NCBI RefSeq assembly: GCF_031769215.1
Contig: NW_026782111.1
Location: 930,001 to 994,000, forward strand
DNA length: 64,000 bases
Direction of reading: 5' to 3'
Source: Ylistrum balloti
Lineage: Eukaryota
The stretch's first letter is position 1. Every line of letters starts with the position of its first letter. The notes beneath the pieces were generated by a model. That model was given only the letters and a program-made list of their open reading frames with translations. It did not search any database and was not told where the DNA came from. This document shows, piece after piece, positions 38,817 through 50,354 of this stretch. The position numbers and the translations under genes were made by a program.

Positions 38817-40196
38817 TACTAAAAGGATGAAGAAACGCAGGGTGAACTTTAAACCAGAAATTAAGTATGATATCGGGCTTCATTTAAAACGAAATTTTGT
38901 ATACTTACAGATGAATTAAAGCTTAAAAATTTCCAAAGTCTGTATTTTGCATCTGACAATTGGTTTAGAGGTACTAACGATTACATTGAATGGACCCATA
39001 TGATTTTGAAATTGAAATTGAACTGAGTCATCAATATCTTGTGTGTCCGCCGTTTGCTGTGGTCACGGCCCTTATTCTTCTGGTCATAGAGTTCATGAGA
39101 GCGTTAATCCGTCTTATGGGGATGTTGTCCCACTCTTCAATCAGAGCTCTGGTCAACTGCTCTCGAGTAGCAGGGGGTGGCTGGCAAACCTTTGCTACGT
39201 GGGGCCTAGCATTATCCTGCTGGAGGGTTAGATTATGCTGCTGTAAGAAAGGCATAACATGGGGTCGGAGGATCTCATCACTATACTTAGCTGCTGTTAA
39301 ATTGCCATCAATAACAACCAATTGTGATTTAACCCGTGTGAGATTCCTCCCCACACCATTACTGAACCGCCCCAAACCTATCCCTCTCTACAACGCAGGC
39401 GTCCGTAAAACGTTCGCCACGACGTCGGTAGACACGGCCGTCAGATCGATAAAGACAGAATCGAGACTCGTCCGTGAAGAAAACTTGTCTCCACTGCCAC
39501 AGTGGAAACCGTCGTGGAGCATGTGCAACGGCCCAGGCCATACGACGCTGACGTCGAGCAGGGGTAAGGTGTGGACCTACGTCGTAATCGATTCCTTACA
39601 GTTTTTGAACTTATAGGACGCCCATGATTTCAACGAACATTAAGTGCACTCTCAACGGCAGTAAGGCGCCGATTACGCACATGAGAGACGACGATATAGC
39701 GATCCTGACGTCGTGACGTTACGAGCGGACGTCCTAACCTAGGTCGATCGGCCAATCGCCCAGTTTCCCGAAGACGTCTTACAAGACGTTCTATGGTGGA
39801 AACATTAACACCAAAGTGCCTAGCAACCTGATTTTGCAGCTGTCCTTGCATCAGCATCTGAATGGCCTGACCCCTCTGAGTTTCTGTAAGTCGTGCCATT
39901 CTTGAAACGAATCAAATTCTTAATTAATTTTAGGGAAGCAGTTGGTTTTTATAAAGACTAACGAAGAGTGACTTGACCAACGCTGCATGAGACCAGAACA
40001 ACACGGTGCACGAGATTCTTGTTTTTTCCTTCCTCCATTAACCAGAGCTGCGCACTGTACCGTGACTAAATTTTCGATACATGACAAGGTGTAATATGAC
40101 CTAATTACTCAATCCACAAAGTTTCACTTTATTTGGAGCACGCGTTATAAAAATATCGGAATAAATATTACCCTGCGTTTCTTTATCCTTTCAGTA
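38817..40196 (-). mobile_element. Tc1/mariner DNA transposon (Tc1/DD34E type), both ends intact, transposase inactivated
   Basis: 27-bp TIRs TACTAAAAGGATGAAGAAACGCAGGGT (38817-38843) and the reverse complement of 40170-40196 (25/27 identical). TA target duplication at 38815-16 and 40197-98. HTH ORF at 39630-39899. Catalytic D motifs FTDESRF and QQDNARPH are present. Frameshifts, plus an internal deletion at ~39183 that removes the WPxxSPDLNPIE segment. Confidence 0.95.
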
Positions 40197-40828
40197 TACT
40201 TACATGGTGCACTAATTCATTTGATATTATCTGGTGACGTCGAGGTAAATCCATGTCCCTTATCTACACGTACATCCGACTCGTCCTTCTCCTCAACTAC
40301 CAGTGACTATATTGGTACCAATACTAACTATTAATTTGTCCAACTCAGTGTCCAAAGTCTTAAAGAAAAGCTCGACATTTACTGAACGAAACATTTTTAC
40401 ATTTTGATCATTCACCGAGACTTGGCTAAGCGTCAGCGATAAATGTAAAGATCTAATCTAGCCTGGCTACTCTGATCCATTCTGCTTCTGTAGGCCCGTC
40501 CGAATGGGCAGTGGTATATCTGTTTATGTTAAAAACCATAAATCCGCAAATAGAAGGGAAGACATGGAATGACCTATTATAGGATGTGAATTAGTCCTGT
40601 GGTCAGAGAAAATGTTATATAATACTTTTTATAGACCTCCAAACTCTTCCATCATTACGTGATGTCATTTAGCACAATTTATTAAACTTGCTTATAATAC
40701 AGACTTATCTGATATTGTAATAACAGGCCTATTAATTGACCATCAGTCATTTAATTTACGTTATCCACTTATCATCTTTAATTCATTACAACTTTTATAG
40801 AGTCTCCAACTGTTTATACATGAGGTAA

Positions 40829-41710
40829 AACAGTACTATATCAATAGATACGTGACAAAATGGATGGTACTGAAAGTCATAACGCTTCACTGTATTTTGT
40901 TAGGACTATTGAAAGTACACAGTAATTTCATAGATCAGACTGATAACAACTAGCACAATACAATTTACTTATATAAATCAAGCTGGTAGCATAACATAAC
41001 GCTATATAAGGATACCATAGTGTTTCTTCAAAATATTTTGTTAAGACTTTAAAATAAACAGGGTGCATTTAGTACTTTCAATTTTCATATTGATCGCAAT
41101 TAGTACATTCAAATACACTTTAATATAACACCACATTATATAATGATCACACAGTATTGCTTCACAATATTTTGTTACGGCTGTTCAAGATAACCAAAGG
41201 GCATTAGGTACTTTTGTATATCAAACTGGTTTCATTAAACCACATTATCTAAGGATAACATAGTGTTTTGTTTAGACTTTGAAATAAACTGGGGTATTAA
41301 GTATTTATATCAAACTGATAGAAATTTGCGCATTATATACACGTTGCTATTATAACACCACACTGTTTAAAATAAACAGAGGGCATCAGGTGTATATGTA
41401 AAAGACTGATATCAATTAGTACATCTAAATACCCTTTGATATTATGTAATGATAACGTAGTGTTTCTTCACAATATTTGATTAAGATTGTTTTAAAGTAA
41501 ATACATGTCATCTGGTAGTTTTTTTTTTATAAAGCTGATATACTTGGGTTTCATAAAACCACTTATATAATGAAAACATTATCTTTCTCACAATATTTTG
41601 TCAAAATTGTTTAAAAATAAACAAAAGGCATTTAGAACTTTTTTTATAACAAACTGAGAGCAATCCGTACATTTTGAACACGTTTGGATTTCTCAGTAAT
41701 ATGAAGGTAA
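40829..41710. mobile_element. ~880-bp AT-rich insertion of degenerate ~120-135-bp tandem units inside the LINE endonuclease
   Basis: The LINE frame breaks at 40828 and resumes at 41711. Flanked by ATGAGGTAA / ATGAAGGTAA (imperfect target duplication). The motif CTTCA(C/A)AATATTT recurs at ~41026, 41160, 41465 and 41587. Confidence 0.55.
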
Positions 41711-44700
41711 GAATTTCTGTCTCAGTTCAATCAATCTTACATCAGTGCACTGAAATAAATAATGGAATTCGTCACCTGTTGTTGGGGAAGATTTTCTCGA
41801 TCAAACTGTTAGATATCACTGCCCTACCTATTGCTCTTTAAATATCTTGAAGACGGTGCAGTTTAAACGTAACGTTTGGTTCTTTGATCTTGGGAATTCT
41901 GATTAGTTTAGAGAGAAGTTAAATGTAGTACATTGGAACAATGATTGAAGTAGAAGATATCAATGTCTCTGTTAAAAGTTATACAAACATTCTCCTTGAT
42001 ATTGCTTAAACGTGTATTCCCAACAAATTTGTGATAACCAGATCAAATGAACCTTATTGGCTGTCAACCAACACACGGACACTGATTCGGAAACGTAAAC
42101 GTGGACATAAGAAAGCCAAACGTAGTCTTAGCGATACTCAATTGACAAAATTTGGCCGTATCCGTAATAAATGTGTTAATAAAGCAGGATTTAATCAAAT
42201 ATATTGAAACTCTGTGTAAAAACTTTCAAAGTACTGGTGGAAAACATACATTTACTATTAACAAACTCCGGAAAACTCTGCATGCCACCTCTTCTCCACA
42301 ATGTCACCTCTATCTCTGATGATTTTGGAAAAAATCTTGTTGATGAATCTAATGCTGTCCTCCCTAATATTATTGATGAGTGTAACAATAGTTTATCTAA
42401 TATCAATATATCTGTTTTCGACGTAAAATATGTTATACTTAACCTTGATTGTTCTAAAGCTGTTTGTCCAGATCTAGTGAATCCACGTTTACGTAAAGCA
42501 GCTGTAGATGTCTTATGTTAACATCTTCGTATCACTTTTACTAGGTCTCTAAACTCTGGTGAATTTCCATCAGAATGGAAAAATGCAAATGTCACTCCTA
42601 TGCATAAAAAAGATAACAAGTCCATTAAACTAATTATAGGCCTATATCTGTACTATCTATAGTTGGTAAATTGATGGAAAAGTGCCTCTATAAGCATGTC
42701 TATAAGTTCCTGCAAGTCAATTTCCTCTTATCCGCTCATCAGTCTGGATTTAGACACGGCGATTCCCCTATCTACCAACTTCTTGTGCTCACTCATGTCG
42801 TGTACTCTGCCCTAGATAACGGTAAAGAAATACGAATGGTCTTTTGTAATATAAGCAAAACATTCGATCGGGTTTGGCATAAGGGTCTTCTTCTAAAACT
42901 TTCAAGCTTTGGAATTCATGGCTCGCAACTGAATTGGTTTGTAAATTATCTTTATATTCGTAACCAGAGAGTTGTTATTAACGGCAAAAGTTCAAATTGA
43001 TCTGAAATGAAAGCTGGTGTTCCCTTGGGCTCCATTCTTGGGCATGTTTTGTTCTTAATTTTTAACAATGATATTGCTAAAGATATAAATGTTTTCATAA
43101 AACGATTCGTAAACGACACCTCCTTGCACGCCATTATCGACTTCCCAAGAATCAGTGCCGACATTTTGAGCAACGAGCTTAGTAAAGTCCATGATTAGTC
43201 CAAGAACTGATTGGTAACTTTTAACCCTGATAAAACTGAAATTGTTTTAATAAGTAGGAAATTTATTACCCCTCTCCACCCGCTTACTCCCACTCCCTCT
43301 TCCCCAACCCTATTATGAACAATATTGTCATTACTGAATTTGCTTCACATAAACGTCTTGGCCTGTTATTGTCTGGGAATGGTTGTTGGAACGAACATGT
43401 TAACTATATGAAATCTAAGATCTAAGATGAAATTGAAACTGACATTAGATCAAAGATGTCTTCAAACAGACGCAAATATCATTAGATTATCTGTTTTCAA
43501 AAAATGGTTCACGGTCTCACTTTTCTATACTTAGAAATATTCTTCTCTCAACGTTACAATCGTATCCACGGTCAACATACCCGTATCGACAACAAGTTTT
43601 GTCCAACGCTCTGTCGTACGACTTTATATAGTAAATCTTTACTGCCTTCTGTAATTGAACTTCGGAATTTCTAGCCAGACTTAATCAAGTGGTCGATCGA
43701 TTCTTAGACTGAAAAATCACCTCTTTGACTATTCCTACAAAGTACCACCTTCCTATTATATCGGTAGCAGGATGGGTCACGTCCACCAATCTAGATTGAG
43801 AATGGATTGTAGCTCTTTAAGATTCTACCCATACTGTAGAATTCTCGTTGATAACCCTATATGTATGTGTGTGGAAAACGAAGGGACTAATGAACACTAT
43901 TTGTAACATTGCAGTCTTTCCCGTCAACTCCATGTACGTGCCTTGCTGCAATAAATCGCCCAATCTTAAATGAATTGCTCTTATTCTGTGGTGATGAGTT
44001 ATCAAACGATGATAATGCATATATTTTTTATGTACGCAAAATTTCATCTTCAGGCCGAAAATATTTGAATGAGTGTTTTTTTTTTTAATTTTCACTCAAT
44101 ACACGCATGTCCAGCGTGAACTTCATATATATGCACTTAATATATATTTTAGAATTGTATTATGGTATATCTGAGTGGTCCAGTCCCCCTTTCTCCCTCT
44201 TCTACTCCTACAGACAATATACTATGAGTATTACTGGTTTTCCCCTTCTCACATATAATGGTAGTTATTTTCTTAATTTCGATTGCGTTTTCTCTAACTT
44301 GAGATGAATTGTTGTAAAAGTTGTAAAACTTTCCATATCCAATTTCATTTACGTGTTTGATGTTATAACTGATGGAATGTAAAGAGACATGAATGAAAAG
44401 TTTACCATAAATATCCATTTCATATTCCTTGAGACACCGTACATTTTGATCCGTCAGTGGTTTGCACCAAACTGTGTGACACATTTTAATTCTATATTAC
44501 AACTAGAAGGCATCTCTTGTCGGTAATAGCGCAAGCTCTTACTCATTACTGAGTTTGTTTGTTCTTAAACATCTCTGATACCATGTAAACACAAAAAAAC
44601 AAGTTACATGATTAAAATAAAATACAGACAAATACTCATATCAATAAATAATTGAAATGTAAACAAACAGACGAGAAAAAGTCTTTATATATACTATCTA

Positions 44701-45219
44701 AATCTCCCTTGACGAAACATTGACAACAGTTTATTGTCCATTTAACACACGTTCACGCCTCTTTCGTGCCTTCTCGATGGTTTTAGCAGCCTTTGCTTTT
44801 CGTTCCAGGATCTTCATTTCTCGGTTCAGTTTGGCCTTATCCATCTTCTCTTCAATTGCCATCATTTTCGCTACTCTCGAAATTGGTTGCAATATCACGG
44901 GGCGAGATTTCTCGGCAGCGGAATACTGCGGTACTCCCGGTAGTGTGGCGGCAGAGAAACTGACTGAGGATCGTTTTGGTTTGTTGTCTCCCATTTCAAT
45001 TCCACAATGAATTCCGCCCACAGCCACATTTGCTCTGTCTTCCTTGTCAGGCAACTTTTATACAGCTACACGAGCTGTATTATCAGTAAAAGGCGCAACC
45101 TGTCGTGTAAAACAAAGCTCGTTAAATTTAAATATTTGTTGTCGTTGATGTTAAATTCTATGATTTTTGAAAAGTTGAAATCAATATTGAAACAAGACTT
45201 TTAAGACTTTCAATATGCA

Positions 45220-45515
45220 TACTGTAAATGACTTATGTTTCGCGAAAACTTTATTTCGCGAACTTACTTCTTCAGACATATTCGCAAATATATGATTTCG
45301 CGAACGCTGATCTAGAAATGACTTTCAATTCACGAATAATAGGCTATTAGAGATCTGGACTCTTCAAGACTTTGATATCGGTAACCGAATCAAAACGGAA
45401 ACCATCCAGAGTTATGTTTGTGCAACTAATCGCGACAGGTTTGAATTCGCGATTGACTCTATTCGCGTATTAATGCCAAAATAAATCTCACACGAAATGT
45501 AAATAAATAATAGTA
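45220..45515. mobile_element. TACTGTAAA-type MITE inserted in the intron of copy 2
   Basis: Starts TACTGTAAATGAC with repeated TTTCGCGAA motifs and ends CACGAAATGTAAATAAATAATAGTA. Absent from the copy 1 intron. Confidence 0.5.
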
Positions 45516-45631
45516 AACAACAACAAAAGTGACATTTAATTGATACTAGCAGATCAAATAAAGAAACTTTCTAATTTGTCCGATGTTTCCGAAGTCGTTC
45601 CAACTCGTTCTGTCACCTACTTCCCCATGTT

Positions 45632-46005
45632 TTCGCTAAGATTCGAACCCGGGAGCTCTGGCTCACTAGTGTGAGGTTCAATTGGTCGAGCTAAAGAGAG
45701 AAGTTCTCTCTAGCGGAGCTATACCTATATGGCGGTTGGTATTTACCAGGGTTACATACTCCACTTCCAGGAAAGAACTCGTCTTCAAGTTGTCAGCGGT
45801 TACAGTGATGTTTATGGGGCAGGACTAAATTTTATTCCCGAGTCCCGACATAGGCCTAAATTTTAACAGAGGTTACTTTTATTTCAATGCTTCTGCAAGG
45901 ATTCGAACCAAGGAACTCTGGCTTGTTAGTTTTACGCTTAAACGATATAGCTAGAGAGATAATTTCTCTGTATATTTTGGGTAGGCTTTACCAGGGTTAC
46001 ATACG
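45632..46005 (-). mobile_element. Head-to-tail tRNA-headed SINE-like units (~1.5 copies) in the intron of copy 2
   Basis: B boxes (GGTTCGAATC) at 45640-45649 and 45900-45909. TTTACCAGGGTTACATAC recurs at 45742 and 45987. Homologous to 23618-23840. Confidence 0.65.
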
Positions 46006-46245
46006 CATACTTTACCTTGTTATTCCGTCGCAGTCTCCTGATTAGTGAGTCCAGTGTAATTCTACGTTTGTTCTCGTCATCTCCTCTAGATTCGATACAA
46101 CCCATGGTCTCTGATCAGAGTTCAATGTAAACAGTTTGCAGCAAAAATGGTAATTAATTGTACATAGAAACAAGCCTCAATGACGTCATAATAGAAATGA
46201 CTTTATGACGTCATGATGGTAGCATTGTAAAGGGAAGTTAATATG

Positions 46246-46403
46246 CAACGAGAATTTATGGACGTGAATATACAAAAACAATGTTCCCGTCAATTCACGT
46301 CTGTAAATTCTCGTTGTAATTGATATTCCGGCCAATTCACGTCTGTAAATTCTCGTTGTAATTGATATTCCGGCCAATTCACGTCTGTAAATTCTCGTTG
46401 TAA
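46246..46403. repeat. Inverted arm plus three direct 42-bp repeats (paralogous to 37718-37882)
   Basis: CAACGAGAATTTATGGACGTGA at 46246-46267. The core CAATTCACGTCTGTAAATTCTCGTTGTAA recurs with period 42. Confidence 0.85.
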
Positions 46404-47012
46404 TAGCTAAACAAGTCTTTGTATTCGTCGTACATTTGATTTAAGTAGGATTTTGCGTTACTTTAAAACTTGATATGTCTGTCAATCTGAGATGACACTA
46501 ACCAATCGCTCTGTTAGATGTTATTTATGAAACAAGAACTAATTTTGGAATAGCACTGAAATGCCATTTCTAAATCTATAAATCCTTTATCGCAAATTTC
46601 ATTATTTTAAAAATGTTCTTCTCAGATTTAAATTGACAGCAGAGCTATTTTCGTGAGTTCTGTGATACATAAGTATCTGGATTTAAATTGTATATGCACA
46701 TGATGTTGGACAATTATTGGTGGTTTGTGAAAACAGATGCATCATGAATGTCTAGCGTCGTGCAAACACGGCACTTTTTCTTCGCTAATGATGTAAAAAC
46801 TTTGTAAAATATCCCTATCTGGAATACGACTGTTCGATAGAACTTGGTAATTATCAGATAGGAGCTACGGATGGAGTAATCAATATTAGATACAGGTTGG
46901 AAATCCAACAGTATATGTCTGAAGCCTGTGAATGATGTAGAAATGACATATAGAAGTTTAATACTTGAAGATATGTTATGTACCAGTGTCCAAAATATTT
47001 GGTTGTATAGCG

Positions 47013-48842
47013 CATGTGTGTGTAATGGGTAGAACCACACTAATACACGACGGAATAGTATGTGTGTGTGTAATGGATAGAACCACACTTATGCACGACG
47101 GAATAGTATGTGTGTGTGTAATGGGTAGAACCACACTAATACACGACGGAATAATGTGTGTGTGTAATGGGTAGAACCACACTAATACACGACGGAATAG
47201 TATGTGTGTGTGTAATGGGTAGAACCACACTAATACACGACGGAATAGTATGTGTGTGTGTAATGGGTAGAACCACACTAATACACGACGGAATGTGTGT
47301 GTAATGGGTAGAACCACACTAATACACGACGGAATAGTATGTGTGTGTGTAATGGGTAGAACCACACTAATACACGACGGAATAGTATGTGTGTGTGTAA
47401 TGGGTAGAACCACACTAATACACGACGGAATAATATGTGTGTGTGTAATGGGTAGAACCACACTAATACACGACGGAATAATATGTGTGTGTGTAATGGG
47501 TAGAACCACACTAATACACGACGGAATAATGTGTGTGTGTAATGGGTAGAACCACACTAATACACGACGGAATAATATGTGTGTGTGTGTAATGGGTAGA
47601 ACCACACTAATACACGACGGAATAGTATGTGTGTGTGTAATGGGTAGAACCACACTAATACACGAAGGAATAGTATGTGTTTGTGTATTGGGTAGAACCA
47701 CACTAATACACGACGGAATGTGTGTGTAATGGATAGAACCACACTAATACACGACGGAATAGTATGTGTGTGTGTAATGGGTAGAACCACACTAATACAC
47801 GACGGAATAGTATGTGTGTGTGTAATGGGTAGAACCACACTAATACACGACGGAATAGTATGTGTGTGTGTAATGGGTAGAACCACACTAATACACGACG
47901 GAATAATGTGTGTGTGTAATGGGTAGAACCACACTAATACACGACGGAATAATGTGTGTGTGTGTAATGGGTAGAACCACACTAATACACGACGGAATAG
48001 TATGTGTGTGTGTAATGGGTAGAACCATACTAATACACGACGGAATAATGTGTGTGTGTAATGGGTAGAACCACACTAATACACGACGGAATAATGTGTG
48101 TGTGTAATGGGTAGAACCACACTAATACACGACGGAATAGTATGTGTGTGTGTAATGGGTAGAACCACACTAATACACGACGGAATAGTATGTGTGTGTG
48201 TAATGGGTAGAACCACACTAATACACGACGGAATAATGTGTGTGTGTAATGGGTAGAACCACACTAATACACGACGGAATAGTATGTGTGTGTGTAATGG
48301 GTAAAACCACACTAATACACGACGGAATAATGTGTGTGTGTAATGGGTAGAACCACACTAATACACGACGGAATAGTATGTGTGTGTGTAATGGGTAGAA
48401 CCACACTAATACACGACGGAATAGTATGTGTGTGTGTAATGGGTAGAACCACACTAATACACGACGGAATAGTATGTGTGTGTGTAATGGGTAGAACCAC
48501 ACTAATACACGACGGAATAACGTGTGTGTGTGTAATGGGTAGAACCACACTAATACACGACGGAATAGTATGTGTGTGTGTAATGGGTAGAACCACGCTA
48601 ATACACGACGGAATAGTATGTGTGTGTGTAATGGGTAGAACCACGCTAATACACGACGGAATATTGTGTGTGTGTAATGGGTAGAACCACACTTATGCAC
48701 GACGGAATGTGTGTGTAATGGGTAGAACCACACTAATACACGACGGAATAATGTGTGTGTGTAATGGGTAGAACCACACTTATGCACGACGGAATGTGTG
48801 TGTAATGGGTAGAACCACACTAATACACGACGGAATAGTATA
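47013..48842. repeat. 48-bp minisatellite (~39 copies; TGTGTGTGTGTAATGGGTAGAACCACACTAATACACGACGGAATAGTA)
   Basis: Directly visible. Unit length varies with the internal TG run. Source of all the HTHIL/MCVMG ORFs. Confidence 0.97.
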
Positions 48843-48899
48843 TAGGGGATATATATGTTACAGTACAAAGTAGAAACATTTGTTATGGTAAATCCATGC

Positions 48900-49840
48900 A
48901 GTATAGATATGTATTACGTTATACAGGAGAGATATGTGTGAAAATATACAGGAAAGATATATGTGACAGTATACAGTAGAGCTGTGTAGACCGGTATACA
49001 GTAGAGATATGTGTGACTGTATACAGTAGAGATATGTGTGACTGTATACACTAGAGATTAGTGTGACTGTATACAGTAGATATATGTGTGACAGTATACA
49101 GTAGACATATGTGTGACAGTATACAGTAGAGATATGTGTGATTGTATACAGTAGAGATATGTGTGACAGTATACAGTAGAGATTAGTGTGACTGTATACA
49201 GTAGATATATGTGTGACAGTATACAGTAGAGATATGTGTGACTGTATACAGTAGATATATGTGTGACAGTATGCAGTAGAGATTAGTGTGACAGTATACA
49301 GTAGAGATATGTGTGACTGTATACAGTAGATAGATATGTGTGACAGTATACAGTAGAGATATGTGTGACTGTATACAGTAGATATATGTGTGACAGTATG
49401 CAGTAGAGATTATTAGTGTGACAGTATACAGTAGAGATTAGTGTGATAGTATGCAGTAGAGATTAGTGTGACAGTATACAGTAGAGATTAGTGTGACAGT
49501 ATACAGTAGAGATTAGTGTGACAGTAAACAGGAGAGAGATATTTGACGGTATGCAGTAGATATACGGGTAACGTAATGCAGAAGAAATAAGTGTGACGGT
49601 ATGCAGTAGAACTGCGTAGACCGGTATACCGTAGAGATATATGTTACGTTATATAGTAGATATATATGTTACGTTATACAGTAGAGATATGTGTGACAGT
49701 ATACAGTAGAGATATGTGTGACAGTATACCGTAGAGATATATATTACGTTATACAGTAGAGATATATGTTACGGTATACCGTAGAGATATGTGTGACAGT
49801 ATACAGTAGAGCTGTGTAAACCGGTATACAGTAGAGAGAA
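48900..49840. repeat. 25-bp minisatellite (GATATGTGTGAC(A/T)GTATACAGTAGA)
   Basis: Period 25 (49021 vs 49046). Contains the palindrome ACTGTATACAGT. Confidence 0.95.
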
Positions 49841-50354
49841 AAAAATGTTTTACTTAAGGTCATTTGGTCATCTTTACTGACATCCATACAATTTGTTATA
49901 TCATTGTTACACAAATTATTATACCTTCAAGCATATTTACTGTAAACTAGTGTTTTAAACTGCGTAATATCTTCCTCTACAGACGCCATAATACGGTGCT
50001 TCTGTGCTGTCGATGATTTATGTAATGTTAGCAGACTTGATGTTTGGAAAGTCATAAACCAGTGAAGCTATGATTATTGTATTGTTCAAAAGTGCAAAAA
50101 TGCTCATTTGATTTGCATAATTATAGTCCTTTCAATTTTCTGTAATTGAATTTAAGCTAATCTTCGCACAATTTCGGCTAGAGTTATATAATTGTCTTGT
50201 GTGATTTGCTCCTCTCAGCAGCAAAGCTCAGAAAAATACGCGGATAACACCACAATCACAATCACCATCACCATCAAAAGATCGGGACGAGAAGAAAATT
50301 ATCCAGGGATGGAATATCAGAATGTAGAACCTTTTTGAGTGTGTCGAGGGTGAA

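Larger units (their letters stand above)
38594..44100 (+). mobile_element. Decayed CR1/L2-group LINE ORF2 (2A-like motif, APE endonuclease, reverse transcriptase), interrupted by two insertions
   Basis: N-terminus MSISLSLYRSRTGAFN at 38594; LILSGDVEVNPCP at 40221-40259. Endonuclease relics FTETWL (~40420), FYRPPNS (~40630) and VGEDFLDQTVRYHCP (~41780). RT motifs EWKNANVTPMHKK, NYRPIS, QSGFR, FCNISKTFDRVWHKGLL, GVPLGSILG and a mutated catalytic FVND (normally YADD/FADD). Many stops and frameshifts. The 3' UTR probably extends to ~44.3-44.7 kb. Confidence 0.9.
44731..46105 (-). pseudogene. Copy 2 of the stathmin-like MGC gene (exon 1 46016-46105, exon 2 44731-45099)
   Basis: Exon 1 is 88/90 identical to copy 1 and splice sites are intact. 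Exon 2 reads VAPFTDNTARVAV then an in-frame TAA. Clustered deletions (net 54 nt) remove the QGIIPKRREGG segment. The downstream 270 nt are 261/270 identical to copy 1 and end ERVLNGQ*. Confidence 0.85.

Noticed and set aside
38990-39616. 208-aa plus-strand ORF
   Set aside because: Antisense shadow of the Tc1 transposase.
42191-43198. ORFs as host genes
   Set aside because: They are frameshifted pieces of the LINE reverse transcriptase or its antisense.
46714-48868. Many long ORFs (up to 241 aa) on both strands
   Set aside because: These are translations of a 48-bp minisatellite. Frames switch wherever the TG run changes length.
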